From assembly GCA_017440805.1 (NCBI GenBank), contig JAFSGN010000022.1, positions 280,298 to 344,297 of the forward strand: a DNA stretch of 64,000 nucleotides, given 5' to 3'. Numbering within the stretch: the stretch's first letter is position 1; the number at the start of each line of letters is the position of its first letter. Shown in pieces: positions 1-8,919 of the stretch. A program made the translations under genes and the position numbers. The notes beneath the pieces are model-generated. The model ran no database searches. It was given only the letters and a program-made list of their open reading frames with translations, and was not told where the DNA came from. The DNA comes from Clostridia bacterium. Its GTDB lineage: Bacteria > Bacillota > Clostridia > Oscillospirales > SIG627.

Positions 1-1127
1 GGATAAATTTTTACATCCGGATTTTTCTGTATTATCTGTGCCGCAGTACCTGTGACATAAGGTGCTGAAAAACTTGTGCCGTACCTTGCAAAATCAAAAT
101 CCCCCTCCGAATCCACATAGTGTATGAATGTTCCCGGAGCAGCCACATCGGGTTTATTGGGCAAATTATCATCCTGAATGTATGCCGAGCAATCATCCTC
201 ACTTACAAAAAACATAGGATATGGCGGATTTTTGCCTTGAACAGAATTGCTTTTTGTTTGTACATTCCCAACGCTTATTCCGTTAAAACACATTGCAGGG
301 CTGGATACATATTCCGAATTTCCCGCAGAAGATACAAACAAAAAGCCTATGTTATATATAAGTGTATCTATGTATCTGTCAAATTCATCATAGTTACCGT
401 CAGCCTCAAATTCACCTGCACTGTAGTTTATTACCTGTGCCCCTCTGTCGAGGCAATTTTCCACCGCTTCAAACATACTTATAACACTGAACGACGGCGC
501 TATATATAATACACTTTCAGGTACAATTCCCCGATATGTTTCTCCGCCGTATTCCGCTGTACTGCCTACAAGAATACCTGCAACAACCGAAGAGTGTACC
601 GATTCTTTAAATTCAACCTCCCCATTGGTCAAAGTAAAAAGTTTTCCCTGCCGTATAGGTTCTTTAAGTTGATATGATGTAGGAATGTATGTGAGATTCT
701 GGGCAGATACCGCGCCCACTGTAACCGAATTGCCAAGATATCCGTTACGGGTACCGTCAAATCCCGGTGCGTGTGAACCGTTTATGCTGTCACTTTTGAT
801 TTGCCGCGAAATAATATCTGTCTGATGAATTATCGGCACTTTATTTGTAAACGGTATTATTGATTTCACCCGATTGTCCTTTTTAAGATTATCGACTTTC
901 TTATCGTCTGCACCGACAATAATACAATCACAGTAACGGCTCAGGAAAATCGGATTTATCTGATGCTCCCGACAGAAATTTTTGTTGTATTCGGTATGAA
1001 GAGCACTTACAATTCTGCGTTTTTCGTTTATAACATAATTGTTCCGAATCACTTTATCCGTCAAATATATTCCATGGTAAGCACAGCAAATCCCGCTGTC
1101 AAGATAAACATAATATTTATTTTCCAT
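1..1127 (-). CDS. Subtilisin-like S8 serine protease (3' end runs off the window; absent from the ORF track)
   Basis: Manual translation of the minus strand from ATG 1127 (SD AGAGGGG) is open to position 1. Motifs: HSSVVAGILVG (His, 594-596), VINYSAG, SSAGN (oxyanion Asn), KPDVAAPG, GTSFSAP (Ser, 72-74). Confidence 0.85.
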   Translation of the reverse strand, partial: MENKYYVYLDSGICCAYHGIYLTDKVIRNNYVINEKRRIVSALHTEYNKNFCREHQINPIFLSRYCDCIIVGADDKKVDNLKKDNRVKSIIPFTNKVPIIHQTDIISRQIKSDSINGSHAPGFDGTRNGYLGNSVTVGAVSAQNLTYIPTSYQLKEPIRQGKLFTLTNGEVEFKESVHSSVVAGILVGSTAEYGGETYRGIVPESVLYIAPSFSVISMFEAVENCLDRGAQVINYSAGEFEADGNYDEFDRYIDTLIYNIGFLFVSSAGNSEYVSSPAMCFNGISVGNVQTKSNSVQGKNPPYPMFFVSEDDCSAYIQDDNLPNKPDVAAPGTFIHYVDSEGDFDFARYGTSFSAPYVTGTAAQIIQKNPDVKIY

Positions 1128-1157
1128 TTTACCCCTCTTTTATTAGTTATTTACATC

Positions 1158-1186
1158 ATATTATTGAAATTAAAAGAAAATTATGA
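1158..1186 (-). promoter_or_regulatory. Putative sigE-type promoter of the S8 protease gene
   Basis: TCATA-N16-AATAATAT on the minus strand fits the sigE pattern ATA-N16-(C/A)ATAnnnT. The region is very AT-rich and overlaps a plus-strand sigA-like site at 1164-1192. Confidence 0.35.
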
Positions 1187-1270
1187 TATAATAATTCATC
1201 GAAAAAATGAATTTAAAAAATTGTACAAGTTATTTAAAACAAATTCTTATATAATTATTCAATAAATGTA

Positions 1271-1299
1271 TTGAAATTTTTTAATTTTGATATTATAAT
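1271..1299 (+). promoter_or_regulatory. sigA promoter of the sorE-like operon
   Basis: TTGAAA-N17-TATAAT. A second TTGAAA-N17-TATAAT with extended TG lies at 1164-1192. Confidence 0.6.
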
Positions 1300-1346
1300 A
1301 TATAATATAATAAAAATAATTTATACATTGAAAGGAATTTTTAACC

Positions 1347-2603
1347 ATGAAAACAAAAGCAGTAAGACTTCACGGACAAAATGACTTGAGATTGGCAGAG
1401 TTTGACCTTCCCGAAATAAAAGATGATGAGATATTGGCTCACATCATTTCCGACAGTATTTGTATGTCCTCCTACAAGGCTACAATTCAAGGCTCAAATC
1501 ACAAAAGAGTTCCGGCAGACCTTGACAAAAATCCGATTATTATCGGTCACGAATTCTGCGGAGAAATAGTTAAAGTAGGAAAAAAATGGCAGGGCAAATA
1601 TAAAGAGGGCGAAAGATTTACAATTCAGCCTGCTCTCGACGGCAGACTTGAAACACCCGGTTACGCATACCCCTTTATCGGAGGTGCGGCAACTTATGTA
1701 GTAATTCCCAACCTCTTTATTGAATGCAACAGTCTTCTCCACTATGACGGAGATGCTTTCTTCTACGGTTCACTTGCAGAACCTATGTCCTGTATTGTTG
1801 GCGGTTTCCATGTAAACTACCACACAAAAAGCGGAAGTTATGTTCATGAAATGGGTATTGTTGAAGGCGGTAATCTTGCAATTCTGGCAGGTGCAGGTCC
1901 TATGGGTCTCGGTGCTATCGATTACGCTATTCACTGTGACAGAAAGCCCTCTCTCATTGTAGTTACCGATATCAATGACGAGCGTCTTGCGAGAGCCGCT
2001 GAAATTCTCTCCCCCGATGTTGCGGCAAAAGAAGGCGTAACTCTCAAATATATTAATACCGCAAATATGGCAGATCCTACTGCTGAGCTTATGGCTCTTA
2101 CCGACGGCAAGGGATATAACGATGTATATGTTTATGCCCCTGTAAAACCTGTTGTTGAAATGGGAGATGCTCTTTTGGCTCGTGACGGCTGTCTTAACTT
2201 CTTTGCAGGTCCGACCGATCCCACATTCTCCGCCGGTTTTAATTTCTACAATGTTCACTATGCGGCAACCCATATCGCAGGTAACAGCGGCGGAAACACA
2301 GACGATATGATTGAGTCCATTCAGATGATGCAGGAAGGCAAAATCGACCCTGCTGCCATGGTTACTCACATCGGCGGTCTTAATGCAGTTGCTGACACAA
2401 CTCTTAATCTTCCTAAAATCCCCGGCGGTAAAAAACTCATTTACACCAATATTGACATGGAACTTACCGCTATTGACGATTTTGAAAAACTGGGTGCTAC
2501 CAATCCTATGTTTGCAGAACTCGCACGCATTACAAAGGCTAATAAAGGTTTATGGTGCGGAGAAGCAGAAAAATATCTTCTTGCAAACGCAAAGGCTATA
2601 TAA
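1347..2603 (+). CDS. Zinc-binding dehydrogenase, L-sorbose-1-phosphate reductase (SorE)-like
   Basis: N-terminus MKTKAVRLHGxxDLRL, SDSICMSSYKA, GHE zinc motif, GAGPMG Rossmann motif, IPGGKKLIY. SD GAAAGGA. Confidence 0.8.
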   Translation: MKTKAVRLHGQNDLRLAEFDLPEIKDDEILAHIISDSICMSSYKATIQGSNHKRVPADLDKNPIIIGHEFCGEIVKVGKKWQGKYKEGERFTIQPALDGRLETPGYAYPFIGGAATYVVIPNLFIECNSLLHYDGDAFFYGSLAEPMSCIVGGFHVNYHTKSGSYVHEMGIVEGGNLAILAGAGPMGLGAIDYAIHCDRKPSLIVVTDINDERLARAAEILSPDVAAKEGVTLKYINTANMADPTAELMALTDGKGYNDVYVYAPVKPVVEMGDALLARDGCLNFFAGPTDPTFSAGFNFYNVHYAATHIAGNSGGNTDDMIESIQMMQEGKIDPAAMVTHIGGLNAVADTTLNLPKIPGGKKLIYTNIDMELTAIDDFEKLGATNPMFAELARITKANKGLWCGEAEKYLLANAKAI

Positions 2604-2628
2604 TTAAATCAGGAATTTTTTAGAAAGG

Positions 2629-4626
2629 ATGTATTACCGCTTGAATAACTCAAGCGGTAATACCTTAACAGATATGAGTATACAACTTCTTGCCGAAATG
2701 TCCAACAAATACGGTAAAAATCCGGAATATGTCCTTGCCGGAGGCGGAAACACCTCTTTTAAAGATAACGACTATCTTTATATTAAAGGCTCAGGCACTG
2801 CACTTGCCACCATCAAACCCGAAGAATTTGTAGTTATGCGCAGAGCAGACCTTAATAAAATGTGGAATAACAAATATTCCGAAACAAATGCAGAGCGTGA
2901 AAGCGAAGTTCTTTCCGACATGATGGATGCGCGTGCAAAAGGGCAGACCGGTCGTCCCAGTGTTGAAACACTTCTTCACGAACTTTTTGATAAGGCTTAT
3001 GTACTCCATCTTCATCCCGCACTTGTAAACGCTGTCACATGTGCAAAAAACGGTGAAGCAACAATAAATGAACTTTTCCCCGATGCTCTTTGGATTCCTG
3101 CAGAAAAACCCGGTTTTATTCTTGCAAGAACCTGCAAAGAGTATTTTGACAAATATATTGCAAAATTCGGAAAAGCACCCACTTTGCTCTTCCTTCAGAA
3201 CCACGGTGTTTTCTTTGCCGAAAACGACCTGAATGCTTTAGATGCTTTGGTAGACAAAGTTATGTCGGGTATTTCCTCAAAAGTAAAAAGATATGCCGAC
3301 CTTACCCCCTGTGAGGCAGACCGTGAGCAGGTTATGACTATTGCTCCCACCCTCCGTATGCTTTACGGCAAACTTGCAGAAAGCGAAAGTGCCATTGTTA
3401 AATTCACCTGCAACAACGAAATAAAAGATATATGCAAAGACGAAAAGTTATTTGCCGATTTTTCCTATGCATTTTCTCCCGACCATGTAGTTTACTGTAA
3501 GGCTCAGCCGTTGTTCCTTGAAAACACAGACAATCTCGAAGAAAAACTTATCGCTTTTAAAAATGCAAAGAAGTTTCTTCCCAAAATTGTTTTTGTAAAA
3601 GGTCTTGGTATGTTTGCCTGCGGTACTACTGTTAAAGAAGCAGCAACCGCTACCGAAGTGTTCATGGACGAAATAAAAATCCATGCTATGTGCCAGAGTT
3701 TCGGCGGACTTCTTCCCATGAGCGAAGAACTGGTTGATTTCATTGTCAACTGGGAAGTTGAAAGTTACCGCAGTAAAACAAGTCTCGGCGGTGCAAGTGC
3801 AAAGAGACTCAACGAGAAAATTGTCATTGTTACCGGAAGTGCACAGGGATTTGGTGAGGGTATTGCCCGTGAACTTGCAAAAGAAGGTGCTAACCTTGTT
3901 ATCGCCGATATGAATGACGCCGGTGCTCAAAAGGTTGCGGACGATGTTCAAGCAACATCCGGAAAAGGCAAAGCCTTTGCAACAAAAGTAAATGTTACAG
4001 ATGAGGTTTCTGTAGCCGATATGATGTACCAGACCGTATGCAATTACGGCGGACTTGACATATTTGTAAACAATGCCGGTATTGTCCGTGCAGGAAGCCT
4101 TGAAGAAATGACTAAAGCCAACTTTGAACTCGTAAGTGCGGTAAACTACACTGCTTATTTCCTTTGCACACAGGCTGCAAGTGCAGTTATGAAAACCCAA
4201 TTTAAAGCAAATCCGCAGTATATTTCCGATATTATTGGAATTAACTCGAAGTCCGGTCTTGAAGGAAGCAACAAGAACTTCGCTTATGCCGGAAGTAAGT
4301 TTGGCGGCATCGGACTTACACAGAGTTTTGCACTTGAACTTGCTCCTTACAACATAAAGGTTAATGCCATCTGTCCCGGAAACTTCCTTAACGGACCGTT
4401 GTGGATGGACCCCGAAAAAGGACTTTTTGTACAGTATCTCAAAGCCGGAAAAGTTCCCGGTGCAAAAACAGTCGAAGATGTAAAGAAATTCTATGAATCC
4501 AAAGTTCCTCTCAACAGAGGCTGTGAAGTTATAGATGTTACACGCGCAATCCTTTATGTTGCAGAACAGACATACGAAACAGGACAGGCAATCCCCGTAA
4601 CCGGCGGTCAGGTAATGTTGTCATAA
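2629..4626 (+). CDS. Fusion of class II aldolase (RhaE-like) and SDR (sorbitol-6-phosphate dehydrogenase SrlD-like)
   Basis: N-half: GGGNTS, PSVETLLH, HLH, LQNHG, PDH. C-half: TGSAQGFG, NNAG, INSKSG, YAGSK. The start could instead be TTG 2641 or ATG 2674. Confidence 0.8.
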   Translation: MYYRLNNSSGNTLTDMSIQLLAEMSNKYGKNPEYVLAGGGNTSFKDNDYLYIKGSGTALATIKPEEFVVMRRADLNKMWNNKYSETNAERESEVLSDMMDARAKGQTGRPSVETLLHELFDKAYVLHLHPALVNAVTCAKNGEATINELFPDALWIPAEKPGFILARTCKEYFDKYIAKFGKAPTLLFLQNHGVFFAENDLNALDALVDKVMSGISSKVKRYADLTPCEADREQVMTIAPTLRMLYGKLAESESAIVKFTCNNEIKDICKDEKLFADFSYAFSPDHVVYCKAQPLFLENTDNLEEKLIAFKNAKKFLPKIVFVKGLGMFACGTTVKEAATATEVFMDEIKIHAMCQSFGGLLPMSEELVDFIVNWEVESYRSKTSLGGASAKRLNEKIVIVTGSAQGFGEGIARELAKEGANLVIADMNDAGAQKVADDVQATSGKGKAFATKVNVTDEVSVADMMYQTVCNYGGLDIFVNNAGIVRAGSLEEMTKANFELVSAVNYTAYFLCTQAASAVMKTQFKANPQYISDIIGINSKSGLEGSNKNFAYAGSKFGGIGLTQSFALELAPYNIKVNAICPGNFLNGPLWMDPEKGLFVQYLKAGKVPGAKTVEDVKKFYESKVPLNRGCEVIDVTRAILYVAEQTYETGQAIPVTGGQVMLS

Positions 4627-4642
4627 GAAAGGACTTACTGCA

Positions 4643-5929
4643 ATGGATATAAAAATGCTTATTGAAAAACTCAACGCTCCCACGGCAGAACAGCGTCTTG
4701 ATGCTCTGAAAGCCATTAAAAAACTTGTTGACAGCGGAGAACTCTCCTCCCCTGTACCTTGTGATAATGTAAACAATCACATTCACACAATGTATTCTTT
4801 CTCTCCTTACTCACCTACTGCCGCACTTTACTATGCGTGGCAGAACGGTCTTTCCACTGCAGGTATAATGGACCATGATTCTATTGCAGGTGCAAAAGAG
4901 TTTATTGAAGCAGGAAAAATTGTGGGTATGGCTGTTACAGTAGGTATTGAGTGCCGTGTAAAATTTGACAAAACCCCTGTAAACGGACGCAGAATAAATA
5001 ACCCCGACCAAAGTTCTGTTGCCTATGTTGCTCTTCACGGCGTTCCCCACAATAAAATTGACCGTGTCAACGATTTCTTTGCTCCCTACCGTGCAAAAAG
5101 AAATATACGCAACCAAAAAATGTGCAACAACATCAATAATATAATGGAAAAATACAATATTTCCATTGATTTTGAAAAGGATGTACTTCCCCTTTCAATG
5201 TATTCGGAGGGTGGCTCGGTTACCGAGCGTCATATCTGCTATGCGCTTGTTAAGCAGATAGTTAAGCGTTTCCCCTCTCCCGACCAGGTAATAAACTTCT
5301 TCAAAAACGATATGGAAATCAGTCTTTCACCGAAACTTGAAGGACTTCTGACAGAAGCAAAGCCGGAATTTTACGAATATGATATTCTGGGCGTTATCAA
5401 AGGAAATCTTGTTGAGAAATTCTATATTGATGCAGAAGAGGAATGTCCCGATGTTACAGAGTACATTGCTCTTGCAGAGGAAGTCGGTGCAGTCAGTGCC
5501 TATGCATATCTGGGTGATGTAGGTGATTCTGTTACAGGTGATAAAAAGGCTCAGAAATTTGAGGATGATTACCTTGATGAACTTTGTGAAATTCTTAAGG
5601 ATTTGCGTTTCAATGCAATAACCTATATGCCCACAAGAAACACCAAGCCTCAACTTGAACGCCTTATGGCTCTTTGCGATAAACATGGTTTTTATCAGAT
5701 TTGCGGTGAGGATATTAACTCTCCCAGACAGAAATTTATTTGCGAGGCACTTAACGACCCCATGTTTGCTCATTTAAAAGATGCTGCCTGGGCTCTTATC
5801 GGACATGAAAAATTAGCAACAAATGACTTCTCAAAAAGATTTTTTGCACCTGAGGTAATCGCTGAATATCCGAACCTTTCAGAACGCATAACAGCATACA
5901 GCAAAATTGCTAAAAAGGATTTTGAATGA
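4643..5929 (+). CDS. PHP-domain metal-dependent phosphoesterase
   Basis: NNHIHTMYS, GIMDHDS, GIE motifs typical of the PHP fold. SD GAAAGGA. Confidence 0.75.
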   Translation: MDIKMLIEKLNAPTAEQRLDALKAIKKLVDSGELSSPVPCDNVNNHIHTMYSFSPYSPTAALYYAWQNGLSTAGIMDHDSIAGAKEFIEAGKIVGMAVTVGIECRVKFDKTPVNGRRINNPDQSSVAYVALHGVPHNKIDRVNDFFAPYRAKRNIRNQKMCNNINNIMEKYNISIDFEKDVLPLSMYSEGGSVTERHICYALVKQIVKRFPSPDQVINFFKNDMEISLSPKLEGLLTEAKPEFYEYDILGVIKGNLVEKFYIDAEEECPDVTEYIALAEEVGAVSAYAYLGDVGDSVTGDKKAQKFEDDYLDELCEILKDLRFNAITYMPTRNTKPQLERLMALCDKHGFYQICGEDINSPRQKFICEALNDPMFAHLKDAAWALIGHEKLATNDFSKRFFAPEVIAEYPNLSERITAYSKIAKKDFE

Positions 5930-6768
5930 TAATGAATTCATTTAATGCACCATTGCCTAAAGTAGCCGCGATTCACGACATTTCCGGTTATGGGCGTTGT
6001 GCACTGACGGTAATTATCCCGACTTTGTCGGCTATGGGGATACAGGTTTGTCCTGTACCCACCGCCGTTCTCTCTTCACACACAGGTGGGTTTGACGGGT
6101 ATACTTTTTTGGACTTAACAGACCAATTTGCTCCCTATGCAAATCATTGGCAAACTATGGATTTGAAATTTGACTGCATTTACAGCGGTTTTTTAGCCAA
6201 TGCGACTCAAATTTCCCTGGTTTCTGATTTTATTGACAAATTCGGAAAGAATATGCCGATTATTGCAGTTGACCCTGTTATGGGAGATAATGGGGAAATT
6301 TACAAAACATACTGTGATGAATTATGCAGCGGTATGAAAAGTCTGGTACGCAAAGCAAATCTTATAACCCCCAACATAACAGAGGCCACATACCTGACTT
6401 CTACTCCGTACAAGCCGGAATATTCCAGGGAACAGGCATACGAAATAGTTAAAAAACTCATGGAATACGGTTGTAAACAGATTGTAATTACGGGTATAAT
6501 GTATCAGAATACAATAAATACCGTGTATTGTGATAATGGGAATATGGGGATAATTACAAATCCGCATATTAACAAAAATTATCCCGGCACGGGAGATATT
6601 TTTTCTTCATGTCTTATAGGAAAAATTTTATCCGGGGAAAGTCTTCAAAACGCCGCCGGATTTGCCTCTGAATTCATTCTGATGCTTATAGAGGAATCTT
6701 CCCGTTTTGACTATCCTGAGCGTGAGGGTGTTTTACTTGAAAAATATCTTCATTATTTATTGAAATAA
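5926..6768 (+). CDS. pdxK: Pyridoxal/pyridoxamine kinase
   Basis: IHDISGYGRCAL, PTAVLSSHTG, VDPVMGD, ITPNITEA, GTGD. Confidence 0.85.
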   Translation: MIMNSFNAPLPKVAAIHDISGYGRCALTVIIPTLSAMGIQVCPVPTAVLSSHTGGFDGYTFLDLTDQFAPYANHWQTMDLKFDCIYSGFLANATQISLVSDFIDKFGKNMPIIAVDPVMGDNGEIYKTYCDELCSGMKSLVRKANLITPNITEATYLTSTPYKPEYSREQAYEIVKKLMEYGCKQIVITGIMYQNTINTVYCDNGNMGIITNPHINKNYPGTGDIFSSCLIGKILSGESLQNAAGFASEFILMLIEESSRFDYPEREGVLLEKYLHYLLK

Positions 6769-6843
6769 ATTTTAGTTATTCAAAACTACCGTACATATTA
6801 AAAAATACCGAACAAAATCTATAATTAAGGAAAGGTACAAACA

Positions 6844-7527
6844 ATGAAAAAGATTTATGAAGGAAAGACAAAAGATGTTTATTCTTTGGACAACGGCAAT
6901 GTAATGCTTAAGTTTAAAGATGATTGCACCGGCAAAGACGGAGTTTTTGACCCGGGTGAAAACACAGTCGGCCTTACAATAGAAGGTATCGGCAAAGCAA
7001 ACCTCCAAACTTCTATCCGTTACTTTGAACTTCTGAAGGAAGCCGGCATCAAAACCCATTATGTAAGTGCAAATATTGACGATGCTACAATGGAAGTTCT
7101 TCCCGCTACCGTGTTTGGTCATGGTCTGGAAGTAATTTGCCGTTTGGTTGCTACCGGAAGTTTTATCCGCAGATACGGAGAATACATCAAAGACGGCACT
7201 GTTCTTGAAGGCGGATATGTGGAATGTACCTTTAAAAATGACGAGAAGGGTGACCCGCTTGTTACAGGTGAAGGTCTTGCCGCTCTGGGCGTTATGTCCC
7301 CTGAAATGTTTGAAAGTATGAAAGAACAGACTCTCAAAATCACTAAAATAGTTGCAGATGATTTAAAAACTATGGGACTTGATTTGTGGGATATTAAGTT
7401 TGAATTCGGATATAACAACAATCAGGTAATTCTTATTGACGAAATTGCTTCCGGAAATATGAGAGTATACAAAGACGGAAAGATTGTTGACCCGGTTGAA
7501 CTTACAAAAATAATACTCAGCAAATAA
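6844..7527 (+). CDS. purC: SAICAR synthetase
   Basis: [37 protein letters not shown]. Confidence 0.95.
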   Translation: MKKIYEGKTKDVYSLDNGNVMLKFKDDCTGKDGVFDPGENTVGLTIEGIGKANLQTSIRYFELLKEAGIKTHYVSANIDDATMEVLPATVFGHGLEVICRLVATGSFIRRYGEYIKDGTVLEGGYVECTFKNDEKGDPLVTGEGLAALGVMSPEMFESMKEQTLKITKIVADDLKTMGLDLWDIKFEFGYNNNQVILIDEIASGNMRVYKDGKIVDPVELTKIILSK

Positions 7528-7549
7528 TTTCGTATAAAACCAAATATAT

Positions 7550-7579
7550 GAATAATATAATCACCTTGCGGCAATAATT
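7550..7579 (+). promoter_or_regulatory. Putative sigF promoter of spoIIR
   Basis: GAATA-N15-GGCAATAATT matches the sigF consensus G(Y/A)ATA-N15-GGnrAnAnT. spoIIR is an established sigF target. Confidence 0.65.
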
Positions 7580-7598
7580 GCTGCGAGGTGATTTTTTT
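7560..7598 (+). terminator. Intrinsic terminator after purC whose 3' arm contains the spoIIR SD
   Basis: ATCACCTTGCGGCAA / TTGCTGCGAGGTGAT stem of about 15 bp with 2 G-U pairs, followed by T7 (7592-7598). Confidence 0.8.
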
Positions 7599-8202
7599 GA
7601 ACATATTCAAGCACTTAAATAAAGATAAATACTTAATTCTTATATTTTCATTTTTATTGTCCTGCGGTATTGTTGCGTTTTTTCCGTGCAGTCAGGACAC
7701 ATCCGTATACCGCGACACTATCCGTATTCATGTTATAGCCAATTCAGACTCAATTCCCGACCAAAATTTAAAACTAATTGTTCGTGACCGGGTTATTGAA
7801 ACAGCAAATACACTTATTAAAAATTGTAATTCTAAAAATGAGGCGGTTGATATTCTTTCAAAAAACATCACTATTCTGGAAAAAACCGCATATGATGCAC
7901 AAAAAAAGTACGGATATCTCTATAATATAACTGCAACGATATCCCCTGAATACTACCCTACACGAAATTATGAAAATTTCAGATTGCCCGAAGGAAAATA
8001 TACTTCACTGAAAATAAATATAGGTAAGGCACAAGGGCAGAATTGGTGGTGTGTGATTTATCCGTCTTTTTGTCTTAAGCCGGCAGTTAAAAACATTCCA
8101 AATATTGCTGACACATCGCCAAATGTAAGATATAAAATCAAATTCAAAATATTGGAATGGTTTTCAAAAATAAGTCAGGTTGCAGAATCATCTGCAACCT
8201 GA
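7597..8202 (+). CDS. spoIIR: Stage II sporulation protein R
   Basis: IRIHVIANSDS..DQ.LKL.VRD, YPTR.Y....LP.G.Y..L.I.IG.A.GQNWWCV.YP. TTG 7597 chosen because SD GAGGTG is at 7585-7590 (the track starts at GTG 7588). Confidence 0.92.
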   Translation: MNIFKHLNKDKYLILIFSFLLSCGIVAFFPCSQDTSVYRDTIRIHVIANSDSIPDQNLKLIVRDRVIETANTLIKNCNSKNEAVDILSKNITILEKTAYDAQKKYGYLYNITATISPEYYPTRNYENFRLPEGKYTSLKINIGKAQGQNWWCVIYPSFCLKPAVKNIPNIADTSPNVRYKIKFKILEWFSKISQVAESSAT

Positions 8203-8208
8203 CTTATT
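8169..8208. terminator. Bidirectional terminator between convergent spoIIR and rluB
   Basis: Perfect 18-bp inverted repeat AATAAGTCAGGTTGCAGA-atca-TCTGCAACCTGACTTATT. Confidence 0.8.
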
Positions 8209-8917
8209 ATATTGATTTAAGGTAATCAATCTGTTTCTTATCCAGTTCTAAAATTGCTCCTGCATGTAATCCGCCGAGAGAAATTTTTCCTATTGATATT
8301 CTCTTGAGTCGCATAACATCCAATTCACAAAGTTCGCACATCTTGCGTATTTGTCTGTTTCTTCCCTCTTTCAGAGCAAATCTCAATACTGTTCCGTCTT
8401 CAACAATCTTCTCTATGCAAACCTGAACCGGCTTTATGGTATAGCCATCCAACACCAATGGACTCCGCAGTTTTTCAAGTTGTTCTTCGGTGACTCTGCC
8501 TCTGATTTTGCACAGATAAATCTTTTCCACTTCTCCCGAAGGATGCATCAGTCTGTTTGCAACCTCACCATCGTTAGTCAATATGACCAGGCCTTCGCTG
8601 TTAAGGTCAAGTCTGCCTACCGGATAAACTCTTTCGGGTATATCCCGTACAAGGTCTGCTATACACTTTCTGCCTCTTTCGTCGGACATTGTGGTTACAT
8701 ATCCCCTAGGTTTATTGAGGATATAATACTTTTTCTGGTCGCTTGTTCTTTCGATTATTTTTCCGTTATATACGACGACATCGCTGTCATCAACCTTTTG
8801 CCCTAATTCACAAGGCTTATTGTTTACTGTTATATTACCTTTTTTTATTTCTTCCTCTGCCTTGCGACGCGACATAACTCCGCAATCAGACAGATATTTT
8901 TGAAGTCTTACTTTCAT
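8207..8917 (-). CDS. rluB: 23S rRNA pseudouridine synthase, RsuA/RluB family
   Basis: S4 domain RLQKYL...G..SRRKAE, NKPRG, VGRLD, EGRNRQIRKM. Start set at MKVRLQK. Confidence 0.9.
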   Translation of the reverse strand: MKVRLQKYLSDCGVMSRRKAEEEIKKGNITVNNKPCELGQKVDDSDVVVYNGKIIERTSDQKKYYILNKPRGYVTTMSDERGRKCIADLVRDIPERVYPVGRLDLNSEGLVILTNDGEVANRLMHPSGEVEKIYLCKIRGRVTEEQLEKLRSPLVLDGYTIKPVQVCIEKIVEDGTVLRFALKEGRNRQIRKMCELCELDVMRLKRISIGKISLGGLHAGAILELDKKQIDYLKSI

Positions 8918-8919
8918 TT

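Noticed and set aside
1128-1181. Possible anti-SD in the S8 protease promoter spacer
   Set aside because: Pairing is mostly A-U and G-U in low-complexity sequence and there is no co-directional upstream gene; not counted as a fourth instance.
120-1265. Plus-strand ORFs 120-509 and 963-1265
   Set aside because: Antisense to the S8 protease or spanning AT-rich promoter DNA; no motifs or SD.
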